Assembly: GCA_947454705.1 (NCBI GenBank)
Contig: CANGKZ010000029.1
Span: 488 to 64,487 of the forward strand
Length of the DNA stretch: 64,000 nt
Reading direction: 5' to 3'
Source of the DNA: Verrucomicrobiota bacterium
GTDB lineage: Bacteria > Verrucomicrobiota > Verrucomicrobiia > Limisphaerales > UBA9464
This document shows, one piece after another, positions 63,453-64,000 of the stretch. The notes under the pieces were generated by a model, which saw only the letters and a list, made by a program, of their open reading frames with translations, was not told where the DNA came from and did not search any database. Within the stretch, counting starts at the first letter, position 1. Every line of letters starts with the position of its first letter. The translations under genes and the position numbers were made by a program.

Positions 63453-64000
63453 TCAGAACCGGGCCACCTTTTCCAATTGGGCCACGCGGGCGCGGATTTC
63501 GGCCTTGGTGGTCTTGGTGGTGCGGTTCAGTCCGAACCCTTCGCAGCAGAACGAAGCCACGACGCTGCCGTGGACGATTGCGCGACGGAGGTTCGCTTCA
63601 ATGGATCCAGTCTTCTGCGCAGCGAGATAGCCGAGCAGGCCGCCGACGAACGAGTCGCCTGCGCCGGTCGGATCCACGACCTTCGACAACGGCACCGCCG
63701 GAGCGACGAACAGGCCCTTCGGTCCGGAGAGAATGGAACCGTGCTCGCCCTTCTTGATGATGACGTAGCGCGGTCCGAGCTTGTGGATCTTGGTGAGGGC
63801 GGTGACCACGTTGTCATCTTCCACCAACTGGCGCGCTTCGCTGTCGTTGAGCACGAGGCAGTCGATGCGCTTGAGCAGGCGAAGAAGATCCGCGAGCGCG
63901 ATGTTCATCCAAAGATCCATCGTGTCGGCGATGACGAACTTGGGCTTCGACAGCTGATCGATCACCGCGTGCTGGATCGCAGGAGAAATATTCGCGAGGA
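63453..64000 (-). CDS. PfkB family sugar/nucleoside kinase; N-terminus outside the window
   Basis: LANISP, ADTMDLW, NDSEA, IKKGEHG, DPTGAGDSF. Confidence 0.9.
   Translation of the reverse strand, partial: LANISPAIQHAVIDQLSKPKFVIADTMDLWMNIALADLLRLLKRIDCLVLNDSEARQLVEDDNVVTALTKIHKLGPRYVIIKKGEHGSILSGPKGLFVAPAVPLSKVVDPTGAGDSFVGGLLGYLAAQKTGSIEANLRRAIVHGSVVASFCCEGFGLNRTTKTTKAEIRARVAQLEKVARF

Overview
A GC-rich bacterial chromosome segment, most likely Verrucomicrobiota (Pedosphaera/Limisphaera-like). This is inferred from RpoB/RpoC style, gene content and secreted-protein architectures, not from a search. It holds about 50 tightly packed CDS, mostly housekeeping: rplA-rplJ-rplL-rpoB-rpoC, ffs-dnaX-ybaB-recR, parB, def, ftsH, rpe, nusB, ftsY, ribD/ribE, bioF/bioA, tmk, xylA and hpf. 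It also holds a partial type II secretion/type IV filament cluster (ATPase, GspL/PilN-like, GspM/PilO-like, secretin). No CRISPR, tRNA, rRNA, transposase or phage genes were seen. Most worth a second look: (1) a luxE-MFS-luxC-queD(-glycosylasparaginase-photolyase) run with intact catalytic cysteines but no luciferase, divergent from an amidohydrolase-SDR-bioF-bioA run; (2) a shared ~55-aa C-terminal domain (W...DG[VL]FQ...F[FY]R) on two unrelated exported proteins, a candidate lineage-specific sorting signal; (3) rplA uncoupled from rplK/nusG with its own L1-type leader, plus a structured RNA between rplJ and rplL; (4) a matrixin-like protein lacking the zinc histidines in a lower-GC patch; (5) REP-doublet and MITE-like intergenic repeats. 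All product calls come from reading motifs by eye, and some start codons are best guesses.
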